Assembly: GCA_964291285.2 (NCBI GenBank)
Contig: OZ219787.1
Location: 1,216,001-1,280,000, forward strand
Source of the DNA: Alphaproteobacteria bacterium
GTDB taxonomy: Bacteria; Pseudomonadota; Alphaproteobacteria; Bin95
Length of the DNA: 64,000 nucleotides
Direction: 5' to 3'
Shown here: in pieces, positions 1 to 8,819 of the stretch
Numbering within the stretch: position 1 is the stretch's first letter
How the letters are laid out: each line of letters starts with the position of its first letter
Notes under the pieces: model-generated
Database searches by the model: none
What the model was told of the DNA's origin: nothing
The model's input: the letters and a program-made list of their open reading frames with translations, nothing else
Translations under genes and position numbers: made by a program

Positions 1-83
1 GCAAACAGCCTGAGCCTGAGCGCCAGCTGCGCGGGCGGCGGGTCGTAGCTGTAAACCGTGTCGTGGCGGATGGAGAGGCGCAT
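1..83 (-). CDS. Transglutaminase-family protein, N-terminus only (runs off window)
   Basis: ATG at 83 reads MRLSIRHDTVYSYDPPPAQLALRLRL, typical bacterial transglutaminase N-terminus; follows the alpha-E gene as expected for this operon. Confidence 0.7.
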   Translation of the reverse strand, partial: MRLSIRHDTVYSYDPPPAQLALRLRLF

Positions 84-93
84 CGCCGGCCCT

Positions 94-1023
94 TCAGAAA
101 TGGTAGGCGCGGGAAAGCTCGCCGGAGAGGCGGGCATTCAGCCGGAGCGCCTCCAGCAGGAACTCGTGCAGCCCCTCGTCGAAAATGTCCTCCATCTCCC
201 GGTCCTGCAATTGGCGAACGGCCTTTTCGACAGTGGCATGGCAATCGTGGCGCGCGCCGTAGCGGTTCGCCAGGCGGATGAGCGCCGCGCGGAGGCCGCC
301 GTAGCAGAAGGCGAGCGAGCAGGGGAACTCGGCGTTCAGGATCATGAAGTGGGCGATCTTCGACGGGTCGAAATCGCCGCGATAGACATAGTGGAAGGCG
401 CGGACGGCCGATGTGGCGTGCAGGAGGCTGATCCAGCGGTAGCGGTCCCGGTTGTCGAGCAGCAGGCCGGTTTCCGGAAGCAGCACGAAATATTTGGCGT
501 CGAGGAGTCTGAGCGTCATGTCGGCGCGTTCGAGGAAGGCGCCGGCGGAGAGGAAGTCGTAGCGCTCGCCGCGCAGCATGGTCGTCTGCGCCGCGCCCCG
601 GAAGAGCGCCGAGAGGCTCCTGATGCGGTCGAGCGTGGCCGGCAGGTCCCGCCGGACGGTCTCCGCCTCGACGCCGCCGAGCCACCGCCAGCCTTCGTTC
701 AGCCCCTCCCACATGTCGGCAGTGAGCGCGGTGCGCACGGCGCGGGCATTGTTCCTGGCGCGGTCGAGGCAGGCGCGGATCGAGGAGGGGTTGTCCTCGT
801 CGAGAATGAGGCTCCGGCAGACTTCGGCCTCGCCGACCCGGTCATCGGGCCCGAACGCAGCACCGGCGCCGGCCGCGGCCACGACCGAGCGCCATTCCTC
901 GTGCCCGTAAGCGCCGGGCAGCATCGCCATGCGCCGGCCCATCTCGATCAGCCGCGCGGTCGCCTCAGCGCGCTCGATATAGCGCGCCATCCAGAAGAGG
1001 CTTTCCGCCGTCCGGCTCAGCAT
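94..1023 (-). CDS. Alpha-E domain protein (DUF403)
   Basis: Starts MLSRTAESLFWMARYIERAE; ERAD repeat motif; start moved from ORF track to ATG 1023. Confidence 0.9.
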   Translation of the reverse strand: MLSRTAESLFWMARYIERAEATARLIEMGRRMAMLPGAYGHEEWRSVVAAAGAGAAFGPDDRVGEAEVCRSLILDEDNPSSIRACLDRARNNARAVRTALTADMWEGLNEGWRWLGGVEAETVRRDLPATLDRIRSLSALFRGAAQTTMLRGERYDFLSAGAFLERADMTLRLLDAKYFVLLPETGLLLDNRDRYRWISLLHATSAVRAFHYVYRGDFDPSKIAHFMILNAEFPCSLAFCYGGLRAALIRLANRYGARHDCHATVEKAVRQLQDREMEDIFDEGLHEFLLEALRLNARLSGELSRAYHF

Positions 1024-1094
1024 GGATACGGTCCTGTCAAACTCCGGACACAATATAGGCGGGTTTCGTCCGGCCTGTCCCGATCGGCACAGCG

Positions 1095-2501
1095 CTATTC
1101 CGCCAGCACCCAGGTGTCCTTGACGCCGCCTCCCTGGCTGGAATTGACGACCAGCGAGCCCTCGCGGAGCGCGACGCGGGTGAGGCCGCCGGGGACGAGG
1201 CGGATGGTGCGGCCGATCAGGCAATAGGGCCGGAAATCGACATGGCGTCCGGCAACGCCCGCCTCGGCAAGCGAGGGTGAGGAAGAGAGCTCAAGCGTCG
1301 GCTGGGCGATGTAGCCCTCCGGGTCGCGGCGGATCTTCTCCGCGAACGCCGCCCGCTCGGCAGCGGTCGAATGCGGCCCGATCAGCATGCCGTAGCCGCC
1401 CGAGCCGTGGACTTCCTTCACCACCAGCTCGTCCAGCCGCTCCAGCACATATGCGCGTTCCTCGTCATTCGAACAGCGCCAGGTCGGCACGTTCTGCAGG
1501 ATCGGCTCCTGGCCGAGATAGAAGCGGATCATTTCCGGCACATAGACATAGACTTCCTTGTCGTCCGCAACGCCGGCGCCGGGCGCCGAGCAGAGCGTCA
1601 CGCCGCCGGCGCGGTAGGCGTCGAACAGGCCGGGGACGCCGAGCATGCTGTCGGGACGGAAGGAGAGCGGGTCGAGAAAGGCGTCGTCGATGCGCCTGTA
1701 AAGCACGTCCACGCGCTCAGGCCCCTGCGTCGTGCGCATCCAGCACAGGCCCTCATCGACGAACAGGTCCTGGGGCTCGACCAGCTCGATGCCCATGAGG
1801 TCGGCGAGGAAGGAATGCTCGTAATAGGCGGAGTTGAACGGCCCCGGCGTCAGCAGCGCGATAGCGGGGTCGCCGTCGCAGGCGGGGGGCGCCACCTCCT
1901 CCAGCGTCCGGCGCAACTCCTCCGGATAGACATCGACCGGCTCGATATTGCCGCCGCGGAACAGCTCCGGGCAGGTCCGCATCATGCATTCCCGGTTTTC
2001 CAGCATGTAGCTGACGCCGGACGGCGTGCGGCAATTGTCCTCCAGCACCTGGAATTCCTGCTCTCCGGTGCGCACGATGTCGATGCCGACCACATGGGAA
2101 TAGACCCGGCCCGGCGGATCGACGCCGATCATCGCCGGCTCGAAGGCCGCATTCCGGTAAACCAGGCGCTCCGGCACGATCCCGGCGCGCAGGATTTCGC
2201 CGCGGTGATAGACGTCCTGGAGGAAGGCGTTGAGCGCGAGCGCGCGCTGGCGGATGCCGCGCTCCAGCCGGCGCCACTCGGCGGCGGCGAACACGCGCGG
2301 GATGAGGTCGAAGGGGATCAGCCGTTCCGGGTCGCCGCCCTCGCCATAGACGGCGAAGGTGATGCCGATGCGGCGGAATATGGCCTCCGCCTCGGCCGTG
2401 TGCCGGCGCAGCGTGTCGATGCCGCTCGCCTCGATCCATGCGGCGATGTCGCTGTAGGGCGCCCTCACTCCGTCGCCGTCGCCGGTCATCTCGTCGAACA
2501 T
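1095..2501 (-). CDS. Circularly permuted type 2 ATP-grasp protein
   Basis: GITFAVY, LEDNCRTPSGVSY, YRRIDD, VVNSSQGGGVKDTW motifs. Confidence 0.93.
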   Translation of the reverse strand: MFDEMTGDGDGVRAPYSDIAAWIEASGIDTLRRHTAEAEAIFRRIGITFAVYGEGGDPERLIPFDLIPRVFAAAEWRRLERGIRQRALALNAFLQDVYHRGEILRAGIVPERLVYRNAAFEPAMIGVDPPGRVYSHVVGIDIVRTGEQEFQVLEDNCRTPSGVSYMLENRECMMRTCPELFRGGNIEPVDVYPEELRRTLEEVAPPACDGDPAIALLTPGPFNSAYYEHSFLADLMGIELVEPQDLFVDEGLCWMRTTQGPERVDVLYRRIDDAFLDPLSFRPDSMLGVPGLFDAYRAGGVTLCSAPGAGVADDKEVYVYVPEMIRFYLGQEPILQNVPTWRCSNDEERAYVLERLDELVVKEVHGSGGYGMLIGPHSTAAERAAFAEKIRRDPEGYIAQPTLELSSSPSLAEAGVAGRHVDFRPYCLIGRTIRLVPGGLTRVALREGSLVVNSSQGGGVKDTWVLAE

Positions 2502-2549
2502 GCCGGCTCCTTTCCCGATCCGTGCCCCCGGTCCGGCCGCCGCCTGCCG

Positions 2550-3461
2550 TCAGACGGGATCCCAGTAGAAGACGTCCCCGTCCCGGTCGAGCGGCGAGAA
2601 GGCCGCCTTCAGGGACGGCATCGCGTGTTCGTGGATGGCGGCCGGCGACCAGCCCTCGCCGCGGTGGACGGAGCGCGCCGGGCGGTGCTGGTTGAAGATG
2701 AACTGCTCGTTGCGCCGGGACGCGAAGATCTGCCCCGTCACCCCGCTCGCAAGGTCGGAGAGCAGATAGACCACCATCGGCGCGATCTGCGCGGGCTGCA
2801 GCGTCTTCAGCTTCTCGATCCGCTCCAGCTCCTGCAGCGTGTTGGCGGGAATGGTCTCGATCATGCGGGTCCAGGCGAAGGGCGACATGCAGTTGGAGCG
2901 CACGTTGAAACGCTGCATGTCGAGCGCGATCGACTTCGACAGCCCCACGATCCCCATCTTCGCCGCCGCGTAGTTCGCCTGGCCGAAATTGCCGATCAGC
3001 CCCGAGGTCGAGGTGAAATGCACCATCGCGCCGGACTCCTGCGCCCGGAAATGGTCCGCCGCATTGCGCGCCACGTTGAACGAGCCCTTCAGATGCACCG
3101 AGATCACCGCATCCCAGTCCGCCTCGCTCATCTTGTGGAAGATCACGTCGCGCAGGATGCCCGCCACATTCACGACCCCGTCGATCCGCCCGAAGGTCTC
3201 CACCGCCTGGCCGACCATCCGGCCCGCCGCCTCGTAGTCCGAAACGCTGTCGCCGTTGACGACCGCCTCGCCGCCGGCCTCCCCGATCATCGCCGCGGTC
3301 TCCTGGGCCGGCGTCGCATCCGCCCCCGAACCGCCGACATCGCCGCCGAGGTCGTTCACGACCACCTGCGCGCCTTCTTTGGCCGCCAGAACCGCTACCT
3401 CGCGACCGATGCCGCGGCCCGCCCCCGTCACAAGAACAACCTTGCCTTCCAATACGCCCAT
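2550..3461 (-). CDS. Short-chain dehydrogenase/reductase
   Basis: TGAGRGIG, VVVNDLG, YAAAK catalytic motif. Confidence 0.93.
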   Translation of the reverse strand: MGVLEGKVVLVTGAGRGIGREVAVLAAKEGAQVVVNDLGGDVGGSGADATPAQETAAMIGEAGGEAVVNGDSVSDYEAAGRMVGQAVETFGRIDGVVNVAGILRDVIFHKMSEADWDAVISVHLKGSFNVARNAADHFRAQESGAMVHFTSTSGLIGNFGQANYAAAKMGIVGLSKSIALDMQRFNVRSNCMSPFAWTRMIETIPANTLQELERIEKLKTLQPAQIAPMVVYLLSDLASGVTGQIFASRRNEQFIFNQHRPARSVHRGEGWSPAAIHEHAMPSLKAAFSPLDRDGDVFYWDPV

Positions 3462-3644
3462 CTAAACCGGCTCCCCAATCTTTGCCGACGCCAGCATAGA
3501 TTGCCGCGCCCGCCTGTGCGAGCGCCGGAAGCCGACGCGCCGCAGTCTCATCCGCAGGCGCCGAAAGCGCAGGCCAAACACTTTTCCGGCCTGCCATTTC
3601 CGGCGTTGACGGCCCCGACCGGGCTTCCGGAACGGGCCGGCGAT

Positions 3645-3673
3645 TTGACGGGTCTGCCCGATACCGGCATAAC
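3645..3673 (+). promoter_or_regulatory. Possible sigma70 promoter of the ABC transporter operon
   Basis: TTGACG-N17-CATAAC about 230 nt upstream of the original ATG at 3904. Confidence 0.3.
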
Positions 3674-3991
3674 TCTGAAGCCGGTGCGCCCACCCGGCGG
3701 CCCGGCGGCGCGCCGGGCAAGACATAGCGGCGACAGGTTTGGGGCTGTCACGACTATCGATGCTCCTGCGCCGTGCTGCGACGGCACTCCGCGAGTGCCG
3801 CTGCGGAGGATTCGACAATTCACCCGTCTGGCCGGTGGGAGTTTCTGTATCGGACCGTATCGCCCACAACACAATCGAGGCAGACGGCAGGGAGAGTGCA
3901 AACATGAAAGATGTATCCGTTCGGGTTCCGGGGGATGAGGATTGGGTTATCCGCTTGTCGGCATTTTCACACCGGGGCGACGGTTGTGCTT

Positions 3992-4873
3992 CTACCGATT
4001 GAGGGTGCGTTGCCAGTCTTTTCGCAGTGTGCGGAGCCAGATGTCCTTTTTCGGCTGGTCTCGTTTGTTGTGCCTGTCGTAGCGTCCCCGGCCCTGGGTG
4101 GTCCCGACGCGGGTCCAGCCCGATGCGCGGTATACGGCACCGGTGTAGCGGGGCGTTTCGACGAAGGTCTCGATGAGCACCGGCGTGATGTTGTAGCGCC
4201 CGGTCCAGTCGATGGGCAGGCGGCGGCGCACGATGGCGAGGATGTGCGAGCCGAGGTTGGGGATCTCGATCCAGGGCAGGATCAGGAAGCGCGGGTTGTC
4301 GACGACGAGAGGAAGGTTCTTTTCGCGCAGTTCGGGCGTCCATCCGATGAAGCGGTCGCGCGGGGCGAGCTTCCATGCGGCGGTGGAGAAGCCGAGCATG
4401 GCGACGGGCCAGCCGTTGCGGTCGTGGACGGCATAGCGCATCTGGGCGCCGACCAGTGTCTTGTGTCCGAGATAGTGGTAGCGGGCGATGAACTCGTTCC
4501 AGAGCCTGCCTTCGCGGGTGCTGTGCACGACGGTGCGGAAGTCGAGCGGGCGGACCTCGTCGAGGGTCGTGGGCGCCGGGAACAGCGGCGGTTCGGTGTC
4601 GGGTCCGAACTGGACCGGCCTGGGCCGGTGCTGCCGCCCCCTCGGCGGCGGCAGCTCGATGAGCCCGTCCTTGTGCATGGCGAGCATGGCGACACGGGCC
4701 ATCATGTCCTTCAGTCCGCCGTCGGGCTTGAGCCAGCCGATGCGCCGGCAGAACTCGATCGACAGGGCGCGGCGGGAGAGCGGGGCGGGATCGGCGATCA
4801 GGGCACGCAGCAGCGCCATTTCATCTTCGGTGAAGTCGCGCCCGTAATAGCGACACTCGACCGCGCCGGTCAT
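3992..4873 (-). CDS. DUF4338 / Druantia DruA-like protein (IS passenger)
   Basis: YHYLG, RDRFIGW, RFLILPW, ETFVE, YRASGW..G.T.GRG motifs; ATG overlaps the transposase stop (ATGA). Confidence 0.85.
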   Translation of the reverse strand: MTGAVECRYYGRDFTEDEMALLRALIADPAPLSRRALSIEFCRRIGWLKPDGGLKDMMARVAMLAMHKDGLIELPPPRGRQHRPRPVQFGPDTEPPLFPAPTTLDEVRPLDFRTVVHSTREGRLWNEFIARYHYLGHKTLVGAQMRYAVHDRNGWPVAMLGFSTAAWKLAPRDRFIGWTPELREKNLPLVVDNPRFLILPWIEIPNLGSHILAIVRRRLPIDWTGRYNITPVLIETFVETPRYTGAVYRASGWTRVGTTQGRGRYDRHNKRDQPKKDIWLRTLRKDWQRTLNR

Positions 4874-7035
4874 CCCGCCGCCGCGAGTTCGCGCCGGCGC
4901 GCCTCGCTCATCGACCACGGCAGCCAGGGCGAGAGGTCTTCCGGCGGCTCGCCGCCGTTCTCCGCGCACGCGGTCAGCCATTCACCGAGCCAGCGCCGGA
5001 CGTCGATGCCGTTGATCGCCAGCGTGCCGGCCACCGAGTACATCGTTGCCGTGAACCCGGCGCCTTTCTCGCTGTCGGAGCCGAACGAGAGCCGTCGCCC
5101 GATGACCGCGAAGCGCAGGGAGAGTTCGCCGCGGTTGTTGTCCATGGGCACGAACGGCTTGTCGACGAAGACGCACAGCCCCTCGCGGTGCTTGAGGAGC
5201 GAGCGCAGCGGCCTGGCCCTGCGCGCCCTGTCCGTCAGCCCGGCCAGTTCCGCTTCGGCGGCCGCGAACAGCTCGTCGACCGCCTTCTTCAGCCTGGCGT
5301 GCGCGACGTCGAACGCCGGCGTCTGGCGTTCGAGAGGGTGAGCGGGGTCGTAATGCTCCAGCCGCGCCTCGTTGAGCCGGTAGATCTCCGCGATCCGCTC
5401 GATCCATCTCTGGCACCAGCGCCTGAGCCGCACCCGCCCGGCCGCGCCGTCGATGAACGAGCGCCTTTGGTGCGCCCAGCACCATTGCAGGATCACCTTG
5501 CCGGCGAGTTCGCGGGCCAGCTTTCTGTAGGCGCTGAACCGGTCGCAGACCAGAACCACGATGCCCTGTGTCGAACCGAACAGCTTCATCGCGACCTCGG
5601 CGCTGCGCGAGGGATCGATGTGGTAATAGACCGCGTCCGGGCTCACCGAGGTCCACAGCCAGGCGCGGCTCGACCGGCCTTTCTCGCGCCAGGCCTGAAC
5701 GCGCCAGGATGTTTCGTCGGCATGGCGCAGGGCCGCGGTGTTCTGGTGCGCAAGGATCGCCTCGGCCAGCGGCTCGAACAGCGGCACGAAGCGCTTGATG
5801 CTGTCGGCCAGGGTGCCCGGCGAGATCGTCAGCCCCATGTCGGCCAGCCAGGCCGCGACCCGATGCAGCGGCCGGCAGCAGACGAACCGTTCGTAGAGCA
5901 TGCACGTCCAGACGCTGATCCCGTAAGGCGTGGTCTCGAACAGTCGCACCGCCGGCGGCGCGGTCACCTCCCGCGGCGCGGAGGCGCAGTCGCAAGCCCG
6001 GCGCCAGCGCGACCGGACGATGGTGCGCTCGCAGGCCTCGACATCGATCTCGAAGAGGGTGGTGCGCCGCTCGCCGTTGGCGACATAGGGCTTGCCGCAA
6101 CGCGGGCAGATCCGCGCATCTTCCGGCGGGTCGCGCGTCTCCTTCTTCTTCCTGAGCCCGGGGCGCCGGGTGCGGCCGTGCCCGGCGGTGCCGCGCTGCT
6201 GGCCGCGCTCGCGCCCGGTGCCCGGCTTCTTCTGCCGCTCGCTCCTGCTGCCGTAGAGCGCCTTCGACAGGACGCTGCGGGTCGAGCGCAGCTTGTCGAG
6301 GTCGCCTTCCAGCTTCTCGACCCGCGCGGCCAGCGCGGCATTCTCGCCCTTCAGATCCCGCACCTCGGCGCGCAGCCCGGCATTCTTCTCCCGCAGCGAC
6401 CCGATCAGCTCCGTGGCCCGCACGACCGCCGCCCGCAGCCGGTCGTTGCGCGCGCGCAGCCACGCGATCGTGCCCTCCCCGGCCTTCACCAGCCGCCTGG
6501 CCGCGGCGAGATGCCGGTCGAACCGCCTGCGCAGAGATTCGGCCACGCGCTCGCCCTCGCGGTGTACCTTCGCGAGCCGCGAGCGCTCCCGGTCGATGTC
6601 CTGCTTCAACCAGTTGATCTCGTCCCGGTGGCGCGCCTCGACCCGCTCCCGGTGCTCGTGAGACCGGCGCAACGAGAGGTAAAGACCGGCGATCTCGTCG
6701 TCCTGATACTCGACCCTGCGCTCCAACGCCTTCATGGCCCGCGACGCGGTCCTGGTTACGGCCAACTTGAGCTTGAACCGGCAAGTCTCAAGCTGCCTCT
6801 CCAGAGAACGCACGCGCGTACAGGCGTCCCTCTCCGACCAGCGCAGTTCCTCGCGGCGCAACTCCGCCACGCGTGCGCGACCCCGTTCCTCCTCGATCCG
6901 CGCCTCTGCCTCTTCAAGCACAGACGCCCAGTCGAGCGGCTCGCACGCCGGCATCACCATGGGAGGCGACCACAAGGTGTCGCCCCCCTCGGCCAGCGTC
7001 AGGTCGGTGCAGAAATCCGCGTCGAAAACCGCCAT
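4870..7035 (-). CDS. IS66-family DDE transposase (TnpC) with long N-terminal coiled coil
   Basis: LYGSRSE, CPRCG zinc finger, HADET, VCDRF, CWAH, DNN..E..LR motifs. Confidence 0.92.
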   Translation of the reverse strand: MAVFDADFCTDLTLAEGGDTLWSPPMVMPACEPLDWASVLEEAEARIEEERGRARVAELRREELRWSERDACTRVRSLERQLETCRFKLKLAVTRTASRAMKALERRVEYQDDEIAGLYLSLRRSHEHRERVEARHRDEINWLKQDIDRERSRLAKVHREGERVAESLRRRFDRHLAAARRLVKAGEGTIAWLRARNDRLRAAVVRATELIGSLREKNAGLRAEVRDLKGENAALAARVEKLEGDLDKLRSTRSVLSKALYGSRSERQKKPGTGRERGQQRGTAGHGRTRRPGLRKKKETRDPPEDARICPRCGKPYVANGERRTTLFEIDVEACERTIVRSRWRRACDCASAPREVTAPPAVRLFETTPYGISVWTCMLYERFVCCRPLHRVAAWLADMGLTISPGTLADSIKRFVPLFEPLAEAILAHQNTAALRHADETSWRVQAWREKGRSSRAWLWTSVSPDAVYYHIDPSRSAEVAMKLFGSTQGIVVLVCDRFSAYRKLARELAGKVILQWCWAHQRRSFIDGAAGRVRLRRWCQRWIERIAEIYRLNEARLEHYDPAHPLERQTPAFDVAHARLKKAVDELFAAAEAELAGLTDRARRARPLRSLLKHREGLCVFVDKPFVPMDNNRGELSLRFAVIGRRLSFGSDSEKGAGFTATMYSVAGTLAINGIDVRRWLGEWLTACAENGGEPPEDLSPWLPWSMSEARRRELAAAG

Positions 7036-7083
7036 GCGCGAGACCGTAGCGCATGCGCGAAGTAGTTACCAGTCAGAAAATCC

Positions 7084-8700
7084 GTGGAGGCATACGATCC
7101 CCCGGAACCCGAACGGATACTGAAAGATATCCTGAAGTTCCAGCAGATGGTTCGCGACGGCGTAATGGGCCGCCGCGACTTCCTCGCCGCCCTGGGCGCA
7201 CTCGGCGTTACCAGCGCCGCCGCGACGGGCTTCCTGCACTCGTCAAGCGCGCTCGCGGCAACGCCGCGCAAGGGCGGGACGGTGCGCTATGCAAACAACC
7301 TCCACGGGCCCGACGACCAGATGGACCCGATCGTCTTCACGTCGGGCATCGACTACACGCGCGGCAGGGCGACCTATAACGGCCTCGTCCAGATGCGCGA
7401 CAACATGGCGCTCGCGCCCGAACTGGCCGAAGAATGGTCGGCCAACAGCGACGCTACCGAATACACCTTCAAGATCCGCAAGGGGGTGGAGTTCCACGAC
7501 GGCTCGCCGCTGACCGCCGAGGATATCGTCTGGAGCATGAACCGCCATCTCGGCGAGGACTCCCCCTCGGTCGCCAAGGCGCTCTTCCAGTCGGTGCAGG
7601 AGTGGAAGAAGGTGGACGGACACACCGTCAGGGCCATCCTGAAAACGCCGGATTCCGACCTTCCCGCGAAGCTCACCGAGAAGCAGGCGAAGATCGCCAA
7701 GATGGGCACCGAGGACTTCAAGAAGGGCAACGGCACCGGTCCGTTTATCCTCGAGTCCTTCGAGGCCGGCGTGCGGTCCACCCATGTGCGCAACCCGAAC
7801 TACTGGAGGGACGGCGCGAATTTCGAGGCGCTGGAGATCACCGCCATCACCGACCCGCTTGCGCGGGCCAACGCGCTGATCGCCGGCGACGTGGAACTCA
7901 TCAACCAGGTCGACTCCAAGAGCATCCCCCGCGTCGAGGAGGCGGACGGCGTGCGCGTCATTTCGACACCGACCAGCGCCTATACCGGCATCTGCATCCT
8001 GAAGAACACGGCGCCCGGCGAGAACGACGATTTCGTCAAGGGCATGCAGTACATTCAGGATCGCGAGCGCATCGTGCGCTCGATCCTCAAGGGGCACGGG
8101 ACGATCGGCAACGACCACCCGGTCGGGCCGGCCTTCGGTCCGGACCATTGCGCTGAGCTGGCGCAACGCGCGTTCGACCCGGACAAGGCCAAGTTCCACC
8201 TTGAGAAGTCCGGCGTCACCTCCGCCGAACTCCATGTCGCGCCGGTTCGCCTCGGCATCGTGGAAATCTGCCTCCTGATGCAAGCCAATCTCAAGAAGAT
8301 CGGCTTCGACCTCAGGATCAAGAAGGTGCCGACGGACGGCTACTGGGGCGCGGTGTGGATGAAGGAGCCGATGAACGTCGTGTCGTGGAACATGCGCCCC
8401 ACGGCGAATGCGCAGATGGCCATCCAGTTCGCCCCGGGCGCGGCCTGGAACGACACCTTCTGGAACAACGAGCGGATGGGAGAGTTGCTGACGGCCCAAC
8501 TCGCCGAGACCGACCCGGCCAAGCGCCACGGCATGCTCTGCGAGATGCAGACCCTCATCCACAATGGCAGCGGCATGGTAATCCCCTGCCATGTGAACGA
8601 GGTGGACGGCGCCAGCAACAAGGTCCAGGGCATACCGAACGTGCCGTTCGGCTCGCTCGGCGCCTATGAGTGGGTCGAGTTCGCATGGATGGACGCGTGA
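7084..8700 (+). CDS. ABC transporter substrate-binding protein (family 5, Tat signal); native start (ATG 3904) detached by the IS66
   Basis: GRRDFL Tat motif, PELAEEW, FHDG, GTGPF; native 5' end MKD plus RBS lies at 3890-3912. Confidence 0.88.
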   Translation: MEAYDPPEPERILKDILKFQQMVRDGVMGRRDFLAALGALGVTSAAATGFLHSSSALAATPRKGGTVRYANNLHGPDDQMDPIVFTSGIDYTRGRATYNGLVQMRDNMALAPELAEEWSANSDATEYTFKIRKGVEFHDGSPLTAEDIVWSMNRHLGEDSPSVAKALFQSVQEWKKVDGHTVRAILKTPDSDLPAKLTEKQAKIAKMGTEDFKKGNGTGPFILESFEAGVRSTHVRNPNYWRDGANFEALEITAITDPLARANALIAGDVELINQVDSKSIPRVEEADGVRVISTPTSAYTGICILKNTAPGENDDFVKGMQYIQDRERIVRSILKGHGTIGNDHPVGPAFGPDHCAELAQRAFDPDKAKFHLEKSGVTSAELHVAPVRLGIVEICLLMQANLKKIGFDLRIKKVPTDGYWGAVWMKEPMNVVSWNMRPTANAQMAIQFAPGAAWNDTFWNNERMGELLTAQLAETDPAKRHGMLCEMQTLIHNGSGMVIPCHVNEVDGASNKVQGIPNVPFGSLGAYEWVEFAWMDA

Positions 8701-8730
8701 GTCCGGCTGTGCCGTCGTCCGGATGATACG

Positions 8731-8766
8731 GGCCCGCGCGGTCTCGGCCGCGCGGGCCTTTCCTTC
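8731..8766 (+). terminator. GC-rich hairpin after the SBP gene (terminator or mRNA-stabilising stem)
   Basis: GGCCCGCGCGG-N6-CCGCGCGGGCC followed by a pyrimidine run. Confidence 0.4.
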
Positions 8767-8819
8767 CGACAGCCGCCGTCCGGCCGACGCATGGCGACCC
8801 GTTCCGGATCGTCCCCAGA

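Larger units (their letters stand above)
3913..7120 (-). mobile_element. IS66-family element (no tnpA/tnpB, ISBst12-like organisation) with DUF4338 passenger
   Basis: Perfect 24-bp terminal IRs GTATCCGTTCGGGTTCCGGGGGAT (3913-3936 / 7097-7120); 8-bp TSD TGAAAGAT at 3905-3912 and 7121-7128. Confidence 0.95.

Noticed and set aside
3992-4873. Complete Druantia anti-phage system
   Set aside because: Only a DruA-like gene is present; no DruE helicase or other dru genes, and it lies inside IS ends
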